The notes under the pieces: generated by a model
Database searches by the model: none
Told to the model about the DNA's origin: nothing
The model's input: the letters and a program-made list of their open reading frames with translations, nothing else
NCBI GenBank assembly: GCA_017499595.2
Contig: CM039008.1
Coordinates: forward strand, 1,674,001 to 1,738,000
Direction of reading: 5' to 3'
DNA length: 64,000 bases
Origin: Psilocybe cubensis
Taxonomy: Eukaryota
Translations under genes and position numbers: made by a program
Shown: positions 61,736-64,000 of the stretch, one piece after another
How the letters are laid out: each line of letters opens with the position of its first letter
How positions within the stretch are numbered: the first letter of the stretch is position 1

Positions 61736-63087
61736 TTAAGTTTGAGGTGAAACTGTTACTGTAAGCTTTCCACGATTTTCGAGAGAGGGAAGTACCAATT
61801 TTATCGCCGTCTCTATCTCGAGTTGTTGGTCGTAAACACTGAGATACTCCGCAGAGCCTGGATACCGCGCCAAGAGGTCTATGCCGTCTAAAAGAGGAAA
61901 CCTATCCATGTTCAAGAGGTTGTCCAGCACTGACCATGCCTCAACCGGGCCAGCGGAGACGTCCTGTGCGGAGAAGAATATATGGTCCAAAATCAGTGTA
62001 AAACGTTGAAGGTTTCCCGGCCACGCTCGAAGAATCGTGTTCACGTGCCGCAGGTACAACCTGATCGGTAATGGCGCGATTGACTTTCGACCATCCGTGG
62101 GTCCGTAGCGCAAAGTTAAGTGGTTGATTTTTTTTAGCTTCGACGAATATATCAGTGTTGGTGTCAAAAAAAGTTGAAAAATATCTGTAGAACCGATATC
62201 ATGAACGCGAAGAGCTTGACAGGATACGAAAATAACGTACCATTTGAATCAAATACAATGTACAAACTCTTTATCGACGGGAAATGTTTTACCAAAGAGT
62301 TGCATTCCTTGTTAATATCCCGAAATGTCCAAGAAGTCTGATCAATCCGTAGATACATCATCTCGAGGCAAGGTCCTTGAACGTTGATGCTTTCTTGAGA
62401 TGCTGGATAGAGATTGCAAACAACCGGAATACTGGAGGCTTCAATCATCTGGAGACGTGGAAGTGAGAAACTGATGTTCGAAACCACAGTGCTTGCAGAT
62501 CTGGATAAACCACAGTTAATAACCATCAAATTTGATATCGACGTATTTTTTAAGATGTCCCTGGGGAGATCTCGCACGTTGCAGAACCGAAGCGCTACCA
62601 ACGTAGGAGATTGAATGGTATGGAGCAAGGATTGCAGAACACGAGAGGGCAAAGAAGAGAATGCCAGACCGTGAAACTCGAAGGTATGCACCCGAGCTTC
62701 TGAATGACGGAGGGAACCCAAAATAAATTCTATGCCTTGAATGCTTTCTTCACATAGAGTGGTTGCTGGAATGCCATAGAATGAAGTTGCTGGCGAAAAC
62801 ATTTGGAAACTTTGAATGTGGCTGAGTATGCCGAGTTTCACGTCTGGGAGATCAATAAGACTTCGAAGGTGTTTAATTCTTGAGAGAAACATCTCTTCAT
62901 TGTCCCCCGAAAGGCGAACAGTTCTGAAAAGGTGCTGCTTCGCGCTCCACCTGAAGCTAGGCGAGACTTTGAGGCATGTGCGCAACGTTTCCGCGCATTC
63001 CGGCTTGAGGACAAACTGGTCGCTATAAGCGGCGATGGCGTCAATAATACAAGTTTGGATCTCGGGAGGGACCTTTTCTTCAGACAT
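61736..63087 (-). CDS. Agaricales F-box-like/LRR-like protein, 2 exons
   Basis: VPPEIQTCIIDAI..LRTCLKVSPSFRWSAKQHLFRTVRL; C-terminal WSVLDNLL..FPLL..LPSLENRGKL. Confidence 0.75.
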
Positions 63088-63634
63088 GGGCGTTTGACTC
63101 CATGTAAAGCATTATTTCCACATATAAGTAGTAGGTATGGCTTCTGTACATCTTGGCCTAACGTCCTGTCGACGATTTCATTATTCAAGAAGTAATTCAA
63201 GAAGTAAAAATGTTGTTGAACTGCAGCACTACAATTGCAAGGAACGTCAAATTTCGGATTATAAGCACTTGACCAGTCAATAGACATACGGTATGCCTGG
63301 TATGCCAAATTTGGCGCGCTTAGTTGGAACCGAATCATCAAAACCGTAAAGGTACATCTGAGATCTGAGATTTGGTCTAACATCATACAGTTTACGATGT
63401 GTCATATGCACATCTCAGCAGGTACGGTGAATCTTGATATGCGTTTTCTACATCATGGCATCTGTATTCCGCCCTGTACATATCTAAAGATCTGCGATTC
63501 ATGAGCTTGCAGGATGTAGGTATAAGTAAAGCGCGCGACTTTGTCTGATAGATGCTGTTGCCTTCGAGTTCGCCTCTGTGTTTTTTTACTAATTTCATCT
63601 ACTTTCCGGGTCGTTTCTCGCATACGTTTTTGAA

Positions 63635-64000
63635 ATGCGTCTCTCCACATTTCTGGCCTTGGTATATGTAACTGTCGGTGCAAACTCCATCGTGCAGAGG
63701 GACGGCTATCCCCGTGAGTCCCTATCTCCTCACCTTATTTGTTCATTGCTAACACATACAAATATCATATGGGATGCTTCAATTTTGATGCACCAGCATG
63801 CTCCATTCCTTGCGTGACCAATGCCGACGTCGGAAAATGTATAACTATGACCGATACACATTGTCTTTGTACAGACCCTACTTTCGTGAACAACACGACT
63901 CTGTGTATTTACCAGGCCTGTTCCGGTCAGAGCCTTGAAGATGCGCTCGCGTTCTCGCGCAGTCTGTGCCTCAAAGTTGTACGTGTTACTCTTAATATTT
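63635..64000 (+). CDS. Secreted CFEM-domain protein (5' part, runs off the window)
   Basis: Signal peptide MRLSTFLALVYVTVGA; after an intron, PCSIPC..C..DTHCLC..C..AC..LC (8 Cys). Confidence 0.85.

Overview
Intron-rich fungal DNA, most likely an agaricomycete mushroom: short GT-AG introns of about 50-70 bp, Agaricales-type F-box-like genes and a CFEM gene. The window is transposon-rich and accessory in character. It contains: (1) a complete, very young Ty3/Gypsy chromovirus (14256-20634) with apparently identical 450-bp LTRs, a CAGAT target-site duplication, a -1 frameshift site, a self-priming PBS and apparently no CpG; (2) an apparently intact 4-exon En/Spm (CACTA) transposase (31601-35252) with a large coiled-coil partner gene, plus a 3.16-kb duplicate of its upstream region and 5' part; (3) patchworks of host gene fragments that keep their introns (acetyl-CoA hydrolase twice, hexose transporter, Kin4-like kinase, cytochrome P450); (4) orphan cargo-like genes (two coiled-coil RING paralogs, an HMG box, a WD40 protein, coiled-coil proteins). 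The top finding is an apparently intact 6-exon gene (27346-28599) whose C-terminal tail carries a histone H3 N-tail mimic with methionine at the K9 position (KTKRVARMSTGGKPPRR vs H3 RTKQTARKSTGGKAPRK). It is a candidate transposon-associated H3K9M-like inhibitor of heterochromatin silencing. All family calls come from motif recognition by eye; no database searches were run.
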